Virus genome (UHGV): UHGV-0057547
From: a virus
DNA length: 64,000 bases
Reading direction: 5' to 3' (one strand)
Shown: positions 50,884 to 59,948 of the stretch, piece by piece
Position numbering within the stretch: position 1 is the first letter of the stretch
Layout: the number at the start of each line of letters is the position of its first letter
Position numbers and translations under genes: made by a program
Notes under the pieces: model-generated
Told to the model about the DNA's origin: nothing
The model's database searches: none
What the model saw: the letters and a program-made list of their open reading frames with translations, nothing else

Positions 50884-51618
50884 TTAATCTGTTCCTTTTT
50901 TGCTATCTAAAACCTTATTAATTATATTCATTCCATTTTTCTCTTTATGTTTATTAAATGATAAGAGATAATCTTTGGCACTTTGTTTTTTAGGTTTTTT
51001 TAATAACTTATCAATTATTTTCTTATTTGTTTTGGTGTTTGTTCTTCTAACAGTGACACCCTCATGTTTTTCTTTTTTAGATTTTTTAGGAGTTTTATCT
51101 TCTATTGATTTAATTCCATGCATTTGTTTTAATAACATATGATAATATCCATTATCACATCCATTTTCTACCCAATACATATCTCCTAAATCTTGTATAT
51201 AATGACATGAATTAAAATAGTAAGTGTTGGATTTTCTAACTCCTGACATTACAGCAAGTTTATCAATCATTGCTTTATAACCATCTTTGATATTTTTAAA
51301 TCTCATCCAACCATGAGTAGCTTTTAAACCTCCAGGGTTATTATAGCTTCTAAAAAGATGACTTTTACCATAGCCTGTTTCTATGCTTGTCATTGCTATA
51401 ACTAATGTTGCATCTATTCCTACTTTATCACAGTATTCATAGATATAATCAACACAACCCATTAATTTTTTACTAGTGTTTCTATTGTATAAAAATACTT
51501 TAGCTTGATAAGGTGTTGATGTATTATCAGTTGCTATTATTGGTTTACTCGCATAACTAGAGCAAGGAAGTAAAACCATTAATGCACATAAAAATAAAGT
51601 AAATATTTTCTTTTTCAT
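50884..51618 (-). CDS. secreted N-acetylglucosaminidase-domain peptidoglycan hydrolase
   Basis: Signal peptide; AMTSIETGYGKSHLFRSYNNPGGLKA matches the mannosyl-glycoprotein endo-beta-N-acetylglucosaminidase motif. Confidence 0.55.
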   Translation of the reverse strand: MKKKIFTLFLCALMVLLPCSSYASKPIIATDNTSTPYQAKVFLYNRNTSKKLMGCVDYIYEYCDKVGIDATLVIAMTSIETGYGKSHLFRSYNNPGGLKATHGWMRFKNIKDGYKAMIDKLAVMSGVRKSNTYYFNSCHYIQDLGDMYWVENGCDNGYYHMLLKQMHGIKSIEDKTPKKSKKEKHEGVTVRRTNTKTNKKIIDKLLKKPKKQSAKDYLLSFNKHKEKNGMNIINKVLDSKKGTD

Positions 51619-52508
51619 TATTTATCATCTCGACGATAATAAATATTCATATCAACTTTACCTATGCCATCAACATAACCCTTATCTGTATATTGCCACA
51701 TTTTAAACTTACCTACTTTTATACATTTTCCATTCCATGAAGCAATCCATGTATAGTGATTATTTAATAAATCTTTTGTAAAATAATTATCGCTAAAATC
51801 TAAATTTGTATATATACCACTATCGTATCCATCTTTTTCTACTATTCTACAGAATTCGTCACCAAGAGATGTAACTAATTTCTTAGTAGGTATAACTCCA
51901 AATTGAGTAGAATATCGTACTGAATCATATTCATAGTCAAACCATACTCCTAATGTTATATGTTTTCTGTATGGTTCAATTAATTTTAAACAGAGGCTTG
52001 TCTCTTTCTTGACATCATTTAAATTCATAGCATAACTGAAATGATACACACCTATTTCCATATCATTTTTTATCGCTTGTTCTATATTGTATTTAAATTT
52101 ATAATCTTCTGTTTTAGCATATCCAGTTCTTATTATACAAAAGTCTATCCCTGCCTTTTTAACTCTCTTCCAATCTATAGTCCCATTCCATTTAGAAACA
52201 TCTATTCCTTTAAGTTGTTTCTTATCTGATTTTATATTACCCTTCTTTTTAGATTCTTTATTTATCTCTTTTTCTAATTCTCTACTGTTGCTTATTACTT
52301 TAGTTTTCTCTTCTTTGTTTTTCTTACTTTCTTCAACTTTAGAATTCTTTCCGATAAGAGAATTTATCAAATCTAAACCATTACTTTTTGGTCTTTGATT
52401 GCTATTGTCTAAAATATTGTAAATAATGTCAGCTGGTTGGGCATTAATTGTTTGTATTGGGAAAGTTAATACACATAAAGTAATTAAAAAAGACAGTATC
52501 TTTTTCAA
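51618..52508 (-). CDS. GH25 muramidase (endolysin-like) with signal peptide
   Basis: GIDVSKWNGTIDWKRVKKAGIDFCIIRTGYA..GVYHFSYA GH25 signature. Confidence 0.7.
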   Translation of the reverse strand: MKKILSFLITLCVLTFPIQTINAQPADIIYNILDNSNQRPKSNGLDLINSLIGKNSKVEESKKNKEEKTKVISNSRELEKEINKESKKKGNIKSDKKQLKGIDVSKWNGTIDWKRVKKAGIDFCIIRTGYAKTEDYKFKYNIEQAIKNDMEIGVYHFSYAMNLNDVKKETSLCLKLIEPYRKHITLGVWFDYEYDSVRYSTQFGVIPTKKLVTSLGDEFCRIVEKDGYDSGIYTNLDFSDNYFTKDLLNNHYTWIASWNGKCIKVGKFKMWQYTDKGYVDGIGKVDMNIYYRRDDK

Positions 52509-52509
52509 T

Positions 52510-53124
52510 CTAGTCGTCTTCTTTATCTTTTGGTATTATTACTTTAAAAGTTAATATACCAGCGACAACAAATAATCCCATTTTAAACAAATCAACCAAA
52601 ATATTAACAAAACTTTCTTGTAGAGTTGTAAACCATGCTCCTTGTGGTGATATGCCTAAAGCTAAAACGAACATGATTGCCCACATTATCCCAATTGCTA
52701 GTTTCTTTTTATTTCTTTGAAACCAAGTTTTTTTAGGATGAGGACAACATTTTTCACAATGACATCCTGTTGGATGTTGTTCAGTTTTAGGAGATTCAAC
52801 GACTACTTTCTTTTCCACAATACAGGATTCAACGCCTTTACAAGTAAGAGGTTCGTATTGTTCTCGTTGTTGAATTTCACCATTAATAGGACAACCTATT
52901 CCATTTTTACTTGTGCTGTTTAAGATGTTATTTATTTCATCTAGTTTCTTCATTTCAGCACATAACTCATCTTTTTTCAATCTTATGTCTAAGTTTTGAG
53001 TTTCTCTTATTCTTTTTTCCTCTAAAGCTTCTTTAATTTCACGAATGTTCTCATTTCTATCTTTTTCATTCATAGTGATTTTTTCAGCTCCTTCTAACAT
53101 ATTTTTGATTTTTAGAGATTTCAT
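52510..53124 (-). CDS. holin-like membrane protein with central Cys-rich segment
   Basis: Two C-terminal TM helices (LAIGIMWAIMFVLALGI, LFVVAGILTFKVII); sits immediately upstream of the hydrolases. Confidence 0.4.
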   Translation of the reverse strand: MKSLKIKNMLEGAEKITMNEKDRNENIREIKEALEEKRIRETQNLDIRLKKDELCAEMKKLDEINNILNSTSKNGIGCPINGEIQQREQYEPLTCKGVESCIVEKKVVVESPKTEQHPTGCHCEKCCPHPKKTWFQRNKKKLAIGIMWAIMFVLALGISPQGAWFTTLQESFVNILVDLFKMGLFVVAGILTFKVIIPKDKEDD

Positions 53125-53267
53125 GCTTCCACCTCACAATCTCTTATTATTTTGGTGATAATTATTTTACATATATTTAATAATACATTTTTATTAATTT
53201 TATATTAAAACTATTTACTTTTAATAAAAACATTAGTATATTATATATATAAAATTTTTTAAACATA

Positions 53268-53296
53268 TTTACTTTTAATGAGAATCATAGTATAAT
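53268..53296 (+). promoter_or_regulatory. consensus-type promoter (TTTACT-17-TATAAT)
   Basis: TTTACTTTTAATGAGAATCATAGTATAAT, then RBS GGAAGGAG. Confidence 0.5.
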
Positions 53297-53321
53297 ATAA
53301 ATAAAGGAAGGAGATGAAGGT

Positions 53322-53645
53322 ATGAAAAATCCAGCTAATCAAATTCATAAGAAGATGTTAGAAGAATTTGAGAATAAAAGAAAATACAACAAAAGAATGA
53401 TAGAAGAAGATATATCTTGGAGAAAAGTACCATTTGAAGTAAAGGAAATGTTTTATAATGCATATGATTTAACAAATGAATTATCAGATAAATTATTAGT
53501 AAAAATAGAGAATAGTAAAGAAGAATTTGATTATGAGGTAGATGAATACTTTAATTATATTACATTAGAAGAAGAATGGTATAATTTAATATTTTTCTCA
53601 TTATGTAAGAAATATGGAATAAAGAAAAGTGTTTTATCAATTTAG
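53322..53645 (+). CDS. hypothetical protein
   Basis: ORF track, 107 aa. Confidence 0.45.
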   Translation: MKNPANQIHKKMLEEFENKRKYNKRMIEEDISWRKVPFEVKEMFYNAYDLTNELSDKLLVKIENSKEEFDYEVDEYFNYITLEEEWYNLIFFSLCKKYGIKKSVLSI

Positions 53646-53699
53646 TAAAATATAAAATAAAAATAAAGTAAATATAGTTAGAAAATGGAGAGATAATAA

Positions 53700-54725
53700 A
53701 TGGAAGAAAAGGAAAAAAGAGCAATAGATATAGAAGATATGTTTGAAATCTGTGTTATAAAAGATGAACATGGAGAAGATGGTTATAGTCTAGGAACATA
53801 TAAGGATAGACAAGCTTTAAGTGGTTTTTATATAAAAGCAAAAAAAGATAGTTTATTGGAAAAAGTAGAAGGTTTCTTTTGTGGTAAATTTAAGTTAGAA
53901 AATGACCCTGAAAATTATAGACAAGAAGCAAGGATAGAGCTTTGGTTGTCAATAGATAAATACTATAATAAGCTTGGTTATGATGATACTGTTAAAGGAG
54001 ATGGGTTAATATTTACCAATTGCAAATATAAGGCAATGGATATGGCTAAATTAGCTAAAGGAAACGTATCTGTTTGTGATAGAACAACTGGTAAATATTA
54101 TATAAATAAAATAGAATCATTTGAGCAGAAATTTATTGAAGAAAATGATAAAATGAGAAATCAAAAAGATGAAAAATACTTAAGTGAAAAATATAATATT
54201 GAAGATTTTAATAAAGTATTTACAGGAGAATATGAGACAACAAATGAATTTATTCGATGGTTTGAAAAAAATAAAAGTTACATATTAACAAAAAAACAAA
54301 TAGATTATTTAAATGGAGATGCAATAATAAAAAACGCAAGTGGTGTTTGGATAATAAATAAAAATATAAGAAAAAGAGTAGAAAGTTGTTATGCAAACGA
54401 TAAATTAAAAAAAGAAAGAATTAAGAAATTAAATAAAAAATTAAAAAATGTAAATTATTTATTGGATTTCAGTGATGAAGAAGATTTGATTAATAGACTT
54501 AAGAAAATGTCTAAGAGAAAAGATGATAGAATCTTAATGAAATTATTTGAATATCTAACTAAAGACGAATGTATTCTATTAACTAGAATATTAAATGATA
54601 AAGATTATGAAGTTGAAAATAAAAAATTTTATTATAACATAATAGAAATATTGATAAATGAAGAAGCATACATTAATAATTTAATTGAAAATATGAAGAA
54701 GGAAGGTGAAATCCCTTGGGATTAA
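53700..54725 (+). CDS. hypothetical protein (weak sigma-region-2-like segment)
   Basis: ORF track, 341 aa; ENYRQEARIELWLSIDKY is faintly sigma-like. Confidence 0.45.
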   Translation: MEEKEKRAIDIEDMFEICVIKDEHGEDGYSLGTYKDRQALSGFYIKAKKDSLLEKVEGFFCGKFKLENDPENYRQEARIELWLSIDKYYNKLGYDDTVKGDGLIFTNCKYKAMDMAKLAKGNVSVCDRTTGKYYINKIESFEQKFIEENDKMRNQKDEKYLSEKYNIEDFNKVFTGEYETTNEFIRWFEKNKSYILTKKQIDYLNGDAIIKNASGVWIINKNIRKRVESCYANDKLKKERIKKLNKKLKNVNYLLDFSDEEDLINRLKKMSKRKDDRILMKLFEYLTKDECILLTRILNDKDYEVENKKFYYNIIEILINEEAYINNLIENMKKEGEIPWD

Positions 54726-55321
54726 AAAGAAGAAATGTTAGAAGTGTTAATAAAAAAGATAAAGATATTGGTGGAATAAGTTTAAGTGATTATCAAAAAG
54801 AAGCAATAAAAATAGCAATAGCTAATAAAAAAGAAAATAATAAAATAGAGATATGTACTTCAGAGGAAAATAAAGAAGATATAAAGGAAGTTGCTACTGA
54901 AAAGGTAGAATTAGCTAATGACATGGTTAAAACTCCAACAGAGCCAATTAATGAGCTTACAGATACAACTGAAGAAGATACTAATGTTGCAGAAGTAGCT
55001 GAAGAAAAGGTAATTGAAGTTCAAGAAGAAAAAGTAGTAGTCGAAGATGTTGATGCCGAAGAAAAAGAAGAAAAAGAAGTAGAAGATTTAAATACAGAAA
55101 AAGATGATGTAGCAAAAATAATAGAAGAAGAAAACAATAAATCTGAAGAAGATAAAAGGGTTATATGTTTAGATACTGGAATAGTATATGAAAACAGTAA
55201 AGATGCAGAAAGTAAAACTGTTGCCAAAGCCAATGCTATCACTAGGTGTTGTAGAGGAAATTGTAAAAAAGCTGGTAAATTGAGATGGCAATACTATAGT
55301 GATTATTTACTTGAAAAATAA
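54716..55321 (+). CDS. acidic protein with C-terminal Cys cluster
   Basis: ORF track; E/D/V-rich middle; start uncertain (TTG, overlaps previous gene). Confidence 0.4.
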   Translation: MGLKRRNVRSVNKKDKDIGGISLSDYQKEAIKIAIANKKENNKIEICTSEENKEDIKEVATEKVELANDMVKTPTEPINELTDTTEEDTNVAEVAEEKVIEVQEEKVVVEDVDAEEKEEKEVEDLNTEKDDVAKIIEEENNKSEEDKRVICLDTGIVYENSKDAESKTVAKANAITRCCRGNCKKAGKLRWQYYSDYLLEK

Positions 55322-55332
55322 AATAAAAACAT

Positions 55333-55361
55333 TTGACTTTTAATGAAAGTCTTAGTATTAT
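55333..55361 (+). promoter_or_regulatory. consensus promoter
   Basis: TTGACTTTTAATGAAAGTCTTAGTATTAT. Confidence 0.5.
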
Positions 55362-55482
55362 ATAAGTAAAGCTACGATAAATCAATAAAAAATATATATA
55401 GTTGTCTTACATAAAAAATGTAATATTTCGATTAATGCACCATAAATGGTATATTAATTAATATGTAAGGAGAGATGCGACA

Positions 55483-56268
55483 ATGACTGAAAAAGAATTT
55501 GTAAGGGCATTGGTAGCAGAATGTAAAAGGAATGGTTATAGAATATCGCAACCCAATGTTAAAAAAGTAATAAAATCTTTAAGAAATTTGACATTTAAAA
55601 CTTGCTTAGAAGGAGAAGAAGTTAGATTGTTAGGATTTTGCACATTTACACCTGAAGAAACAAGAGATGTAATCCTACCAAATGGAGAACATAATAAAAA
55701 GAGAACAGTCATAAGAGTAAAATTAACAGAAGTGTTTAAAAGAAGATTTAGAGATACAGCAGTATTAGTAAGAGATGGAGCTATGGATTTATCAGATATT
55801 CATTATAATATGTTTTTTGAAGATGATGAAGAATATGATGATTTGTTTGATGACTTAGACGAAGAAATAGAGGAAATAGAAGAACAGATAGCAGAATTAG
55901 AAGATGAGGACGACGAAGATGAATCAGAGGATGAGGATGATACTGACACAGGTGATGAAGAAGATACAGATAGTGAAGATGTTGAAGATGATGTAAGTGA
56001 AGAAGATAGTGACACAGATGACGATGAAATTGGTACAGAAGATGAAGAAATCATTGAAGAAGAAGACGATACAGAAGAAATGGAAGAAGACGAAGATGAT
56101 GAAAATACAGATGACGATACTGATTCTGATGATGAATTAGAAGATGAAGACGACGAAGAAGATACTAATAGTGATGAAGAAGATGAAAATTCTGAAACAG
56201 AAGAATTATTAGAAAAATTAAATAGTTTATATGAAGAATTTAAAAATAATTTAAGAGGTGAAAAATAG
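55483..56268 (+). CDS. HU/IHF-like DNA-binding domain fused to a ~160-aa polyacidic tail
   Basis: N-terminus aligns with the HU fold (LLGFCTFTPEETRDVILPNGEH..KLTEVFKRRF); the C-terminus is almost pure D/E. Confidence 0.55.
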   Translation: MTEKEFVRALVAECKRNGYRISQPNVKKVIKSLRNLTFKTCLEGEEVRLLGFCTFTPEETRDVILPNGEHNKKRTVIRVKLTEVFKRRFRDTAVLVRDGAMDLSDIHYNMFFEDDEEYDDLFDDLDEEIEEIEEQIAELEDEDDEDESEDEDDTDTGDEEDTDSEDVEDDVSEEDSDTDDDEIGTEDEEIIEEEDDTEEMEEDEDDENTDDDTDSDDELEDEDDEEDTNSDEEDENSETEELLEKLNSLYEEFKNNLRGEK

Positions 56269-56660
56269 TGGAATTAAAAGCTATAAACAATATTAGTGAT
56301 GTAATCATAAGTACAGAAAATTGTAATAAATATTTATTAAAAACAATTAATTCTATAAAATTAATTTATTACAATAATGAAATCTATATTAAACTATCTA
56401 TTGAAGTATTTTCAGAAAAAGAAATAGAATTATATAAGAAGTTCATACAAAAAACAATAGAAAAAGAAAAAAGTAAAGTATTTGTAGATTTTCATATAAA
56501 TGAAGTAAATACAAATGGTAAAAAACATAATAAATATAATCATTTAAGTTGTTCTTATGGTATACCAAATAATATATGTTTATTAGAATTAAATTACACT
56601 GAAATCACATCAATAGATTATTATTTTAAAATTAATGATATTAATGAATTAAATTTATAA
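56268..56660 (+). CDS. hypothetical protein
   Basis: ORF track, 130 aa; GTG start overlapping the previous stop. Confidence 0.45.
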   Translation: MELKAINNISDVIISTENCNKYLLKTINSIKLIYYNNEIYIKLSIEVFSEKEIELYKKFIQKTIEKEKSKVFVDFHINEVNTNGKKHNKYNHLSCSYGIPNNICLLELNYTEITSIDYYFKINDINELNL

Positions 56661-56681
56661 TTAAAAAGGAGAGATGTTATT

Positions 56682-56891
56682 ATGGCAAAAATTTCAAAAA
56701 GTATGAGTTTTAAAAATTTTAGTTTTCGCATTAATAAAGATGAAGTGTTAAATAAAGATGTTATATATTTAGTTGAAGAAACTAAAGATGACCAATTATT
56801 CCATTCATTAGATGAAATATTAGAATATTTTGCTGGTGAAGATGGATTATCAATGACTATAAAAATAGAAAAGAACCTTGGCGAAGAATAG
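56682..56891 (+). CDS. hypothetical protein
   Basis: ORF track, 69 aa, RBS AAAAGGAGAG. Confidence 0.4.
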   Translation: MAKISKSMSFKNFSFRINKDEVLNKDVIYLVEETKDDQLFHSLDEILEYFAGEDGLSMTIKIEKNLGEE

Positions 56892-56929
56892 TAATTAAAA
56901 AGAAAAAAAATAATAGAGGTGAAATAACA

Positions 56930-57199
56930 GTGATAACAAGTCCAAAAAGATTAAGAAGTAAACATGGGGTATTTGATAAAGAATATGATATGATAGAATA
57001 TCCTGAAGGCGTTGATATACAATTAGCTTATGAATTTAATGTTTATAACTTAGGTGAAGAAAATGTAGAAATACAATTTAACAAAGAAGGAGATTTCTTA
57101 ACTTTAGAACCTGGTGAAGGATTTGAAGTTTTCTTACCTATAACTCATGCAGTAGTTAAAACTGCTAATTCGAGATTGAAATATTCTTATTGGTGTTAA
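56930..57199 (+). CDS. hypothetical protein
   Basis: ORF track; GTG start after AGAGGTGAAATAACA. Confidence 0.4.
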   Translation: MITSPKRLRSKHGVFDKEYDMIEYPEGVDIQLAYEFNVYNLGEENVEIQFNKEGDFLTLEPGEGFEVFLPITHAVVKTANSRLKYSYWC

Positions 57200-57529
57200 T
57201 AATATTTTTTTCAAAAAGTGTTTACAAAATTAAATAAAAATGTTATATTATATATATAAGATAAAATAAGGCTACGATAATTATTCCTTCTAATTATATA
57301 AAATAAAAGATTAGGAAATATAAATATAATTATACCGTCTATCGGTATAATGAAAGTATAATTATCAATTTCCTTATTAATAAATAAAATTATGTTTGGC
57401 TATATTAATTATTCCTTCTAATTGGTGCAGATTACATATATATAATTAATGCTTTCCAAACAACAATATAATTTTATAATAAATATTTCATATACATCAC
57501 CCCCTTTTATATATAATATCCACTCGGTT

Positions 57530-57560
57530 CGTTCGAGTGGATATTTTTCAAAGGTTAAAT
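57530..57560 (+). terminator. intrinsic terminator (CCACTCGGTTCGTTCGAGTGG plus T-run)
   Basis: GC-rich 7-bp stem followed by ATATTTTTC. Confidence 0.5.
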
Positions 57561-57585
57561 TAATGAATTTTCCTTTTGATAGTAT

Positions 57586-57644
57586 GTCGCATTATATATG
57601 GCTATGTGTTTAGAATAAACAATTTCCATTAAATATAATGCGAC
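57586..57644 (+). promoter_or_regulatory. perfect 12-bp inverted repeat (GTCGCATTATAT / ATATAATGCGAC) with 35-nt loop in the leader of the TerD-fusion gene
   Basis: Seen directly; no consensus promoter of the local type precedes this gene. Confidence 0.4.
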
Positions 57645-57734
57645 TTTTATTGTTTATGTGTTGAACAGATGGAGATAATAATTTTTATCTCTATGTATTG
57701 AATATATAAATAAAAATTAAGGAGTTGGTATTTA

Positions 57735-59840
57735 ATGAAAGAAATGAACACTATGTATTTAAGAAGAAGAAATAAAATGATAGTTAGCTTTAATGACAAA
57801 GATAGCGAAAAAGTTAGTGAACAAATAATAGCAACTTCATTAGTAAATTTAGAAAGTTATGGATATACATTTTCAGAAAAACTTATAGAAGAATTAAAAT
57901 TATTATCTGTTGAACAATATATAGATTTTTATAATATGACAGTATCAATAATTAAAGAATTAGTAGGAGCAGATAAAGTTACCGAACCTATGTATCCTAA
58001 TTTCCCACAACAAGTAATGGAAATGGATGAAGTTGAATTATATCTTAATGCAATAATTCATTATGCTACTGATGGTCAATTAGTTCCTGAATATGAAAAG
58101 AAAGAAAGATTCCCTTTAATAGGAAATTATGACTTAACTGTTATAGACTTAGGAAATGTTGAAGATTTCAATACAATATTTACTAATTTAGTATCTTCTA
58201 AAGTAAGTATATCTGCTTCAGATAAATCAGATATATCATGGTTTTTAAAAAAATTCAATAAAGAATATCTAAAGAAAATTATGCCTGAAGAAATTCCATT
58301 TAAAGAAATATTGAGTTATGTGACTTCTGAATTATGGTTTGGTGAATACAATGATGACATTAAAGAAATATTGATACCTTATTATAAAACAGCCACTGAT
58401 GTCTTAAGATTAGCAACAGTTTTAAGTGATGGAGATGAAAGTTTATCAAAAGATTATTATTATAATTCATTTAAAAGAAAAGACAGAAGAATACTATTAA
58501 CAATGTTAGAAAATGCAAATAACATAGAAGAGGATATGCTTAGATATAAAAATAGATGGATAAGATTAGGAGAGGTATTACACCCAGGTGAATATAAGAA
58601 ATTTAAAAAAGTTAATAGAGCATTTGATAAAATAAGAAATGATAAAAAAATAGATACATTTAATAGTAATATAGAAAAAGCATTTGAAGAAAAAGACTTA
58701 GATAAAATTCTTGAATTATTAACTAGTAGACCTGGTGAATTCGCTAGAAGATTAGATAGAACTCTTAGATTAGCAACTGATAAAAATGAAAGCAATAAAA
58801 TAGTATTAGCATTTAGTCAAATAGCTGAAAAAATTCCTACTCCTCTTTTACTACAAATTAGAAGTTATTTCATAAAAAGAAAAGAAAACAACAACTTAAG
58901 AGTTTTCTCAATAAAAGGTTCAGGAAAATTATATGGTAAAGAAAATGATTTAAAAGAACTAGATAAAATAACTTGTACTAGAATAGAAAACATTTGTAAT
59001 CTTAGATTAATGAATGAATATTCTAAAAGAGATTATTTAGGGAAAGTTTATATAGACGAAGAATTAAAAGATTATATAGCACCAACATCTCAAAGAAACT
59101 CTAGTAAAGCATTAAAATCAATGGCAAAAGGTAGTAAAATGAAAATAAAAGATGGAACAAATTTTTTAAGAAATTTCGTATATTGGAAACAAAAAAATGG
59201 TTGTAGAACAGATTTAGACTTGAATGCATTATGTTTTACTAATGAGTTAGAAGTTATTGATGAAATATGGTATGGTAATTTAAGAGGTCGTAAAACAAAT
59301 ATTTGTCATAGTGGAGATTTTATATCAGCTAAAGATGGTGCAAGTGAATTTATTGACATTGATATTGAAAAATGTAAAGAAAGTGGCGTTAGATATATCT
59401 TAGTTTCAATTAATAGTTTTTCAGAAGAATATTTCAGTGAATTAGAAGATTGTTTTATAGGTTACATGGAATTAGATAATAATACAACTGGCGAAGTATT
59501 TGAGCCAAAAGCAGTAGCCAATAAATCTGACTTAAGTTCTGATTGTGAACAAGTAATCGCTAACATAATAGATTTAGAGGAAATGTGTATTTATTGGGCT
59601 GATATGCCAGTATCAAAAAGCTATGGATATAATAATATAAAATTTAATAAAAAGAATTTGACATATACCCTAGAATCAATAATGAATATATGCAAACCTA
59701 ATTTATACGATGTAATATTCATGAATGCAATTGCTAGAGGAGAAGTAGTAGATAATAAAGAAGAAGCAGAAATAGTTTATTCAACAGATGGAGATATTAC
59801 ACCATTTGATGTAGATATAATTGTCGGAGAATATATATAA
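57735..59840 (+). CDS. large protein with C-terminal TerD-family domain and ~480-aa unrecognised N-terminal region
   Basis: C-terminus TDLDLNALCF..IWYGNL..CHSGDFISAKDGASEFIDIDIEKC..VRYILVSINSFSEE..TGEVFE..IIDLEEMCIYW follows the TerD pattern (DLDxSAL, FYNNL, HSGDNLTGEG..IDVDLSK, RIAFAVTIH). Confidence 0.6.
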   Translation: MKEMNTMYLRRRNKMIVSFNDKDSEKVSEQIIATSLVNLESYGYTFSEKLIEELKLLSVEQYIDFYNMTVSIIKELVGADKVTEPMYPNFPQQVMEMDEVELYLNAIIHYATDGQLVPEYEKKERFPLIGNYDLTVIDLGNVEDFNTIFTNLVSSKVSISASDKSDISWFLKKFNKEYLKKIMPEEIPFKEILSYVTSELWFGEYNDDIKEILIPYYKTATDVLRLATVLSDGDESLSKDYYYNSFKRKDRRILLTMLENANNIEEDMLRYKNRWIRLGEVLHPGEYKKFKKVNRAFDKIRNDKKIDTFNSNIEKAFEEKDLDKILELLTSRPGEFARRLDRTLRLATDKNESNKIVLAFSQIAEKIPTPLLLQIRSYFIKRKENNNLRVFSIKGSGKLYGKENDLKELDKITCTRIENICNLRLMNEYSKRDYLGKVYIDEELKDYIAPTSQRNSSKALKSMAKGSKMKIKDGTNFLRNFVYWKQKNGCRTDLDLNALCFTNELEVIDEIWYGNLRGRKTNICHSGDFISAKDGASEFIDIDIEKCKESGVRYILVSINSFSEEYFSELEDCFIGYMELDNNTTGEVFEPKAVANKSDLSSDCEQVIANIIDLEEMCIYWADMPVSKSYGYNNIKFNKKNLTYTLESIMNICKPNLYDVIFMNAIARGEVVDNKEEAEIVYSTDGDITPFDVDIIVGEYI

Positions 59841-59881
59841 TAATAATTTATGGTAGAAAAGTAATTTTCTACCTTTTTTTA

Positions 59882-59910
59882 TTTACTTTTAATAAGAATC
59901 TTAGTATAAT
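59882..59910 (+). promoter_or_regulatory. consensus-type promoter
   Basis: TTTACTTTTAATAAGAATCTTAGTATAAT. Confidence 0.5.
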
Positions 59911-59948
59911 ATAAGTAAAAAGGATAATAACAGATATAGAAGGAGAGA

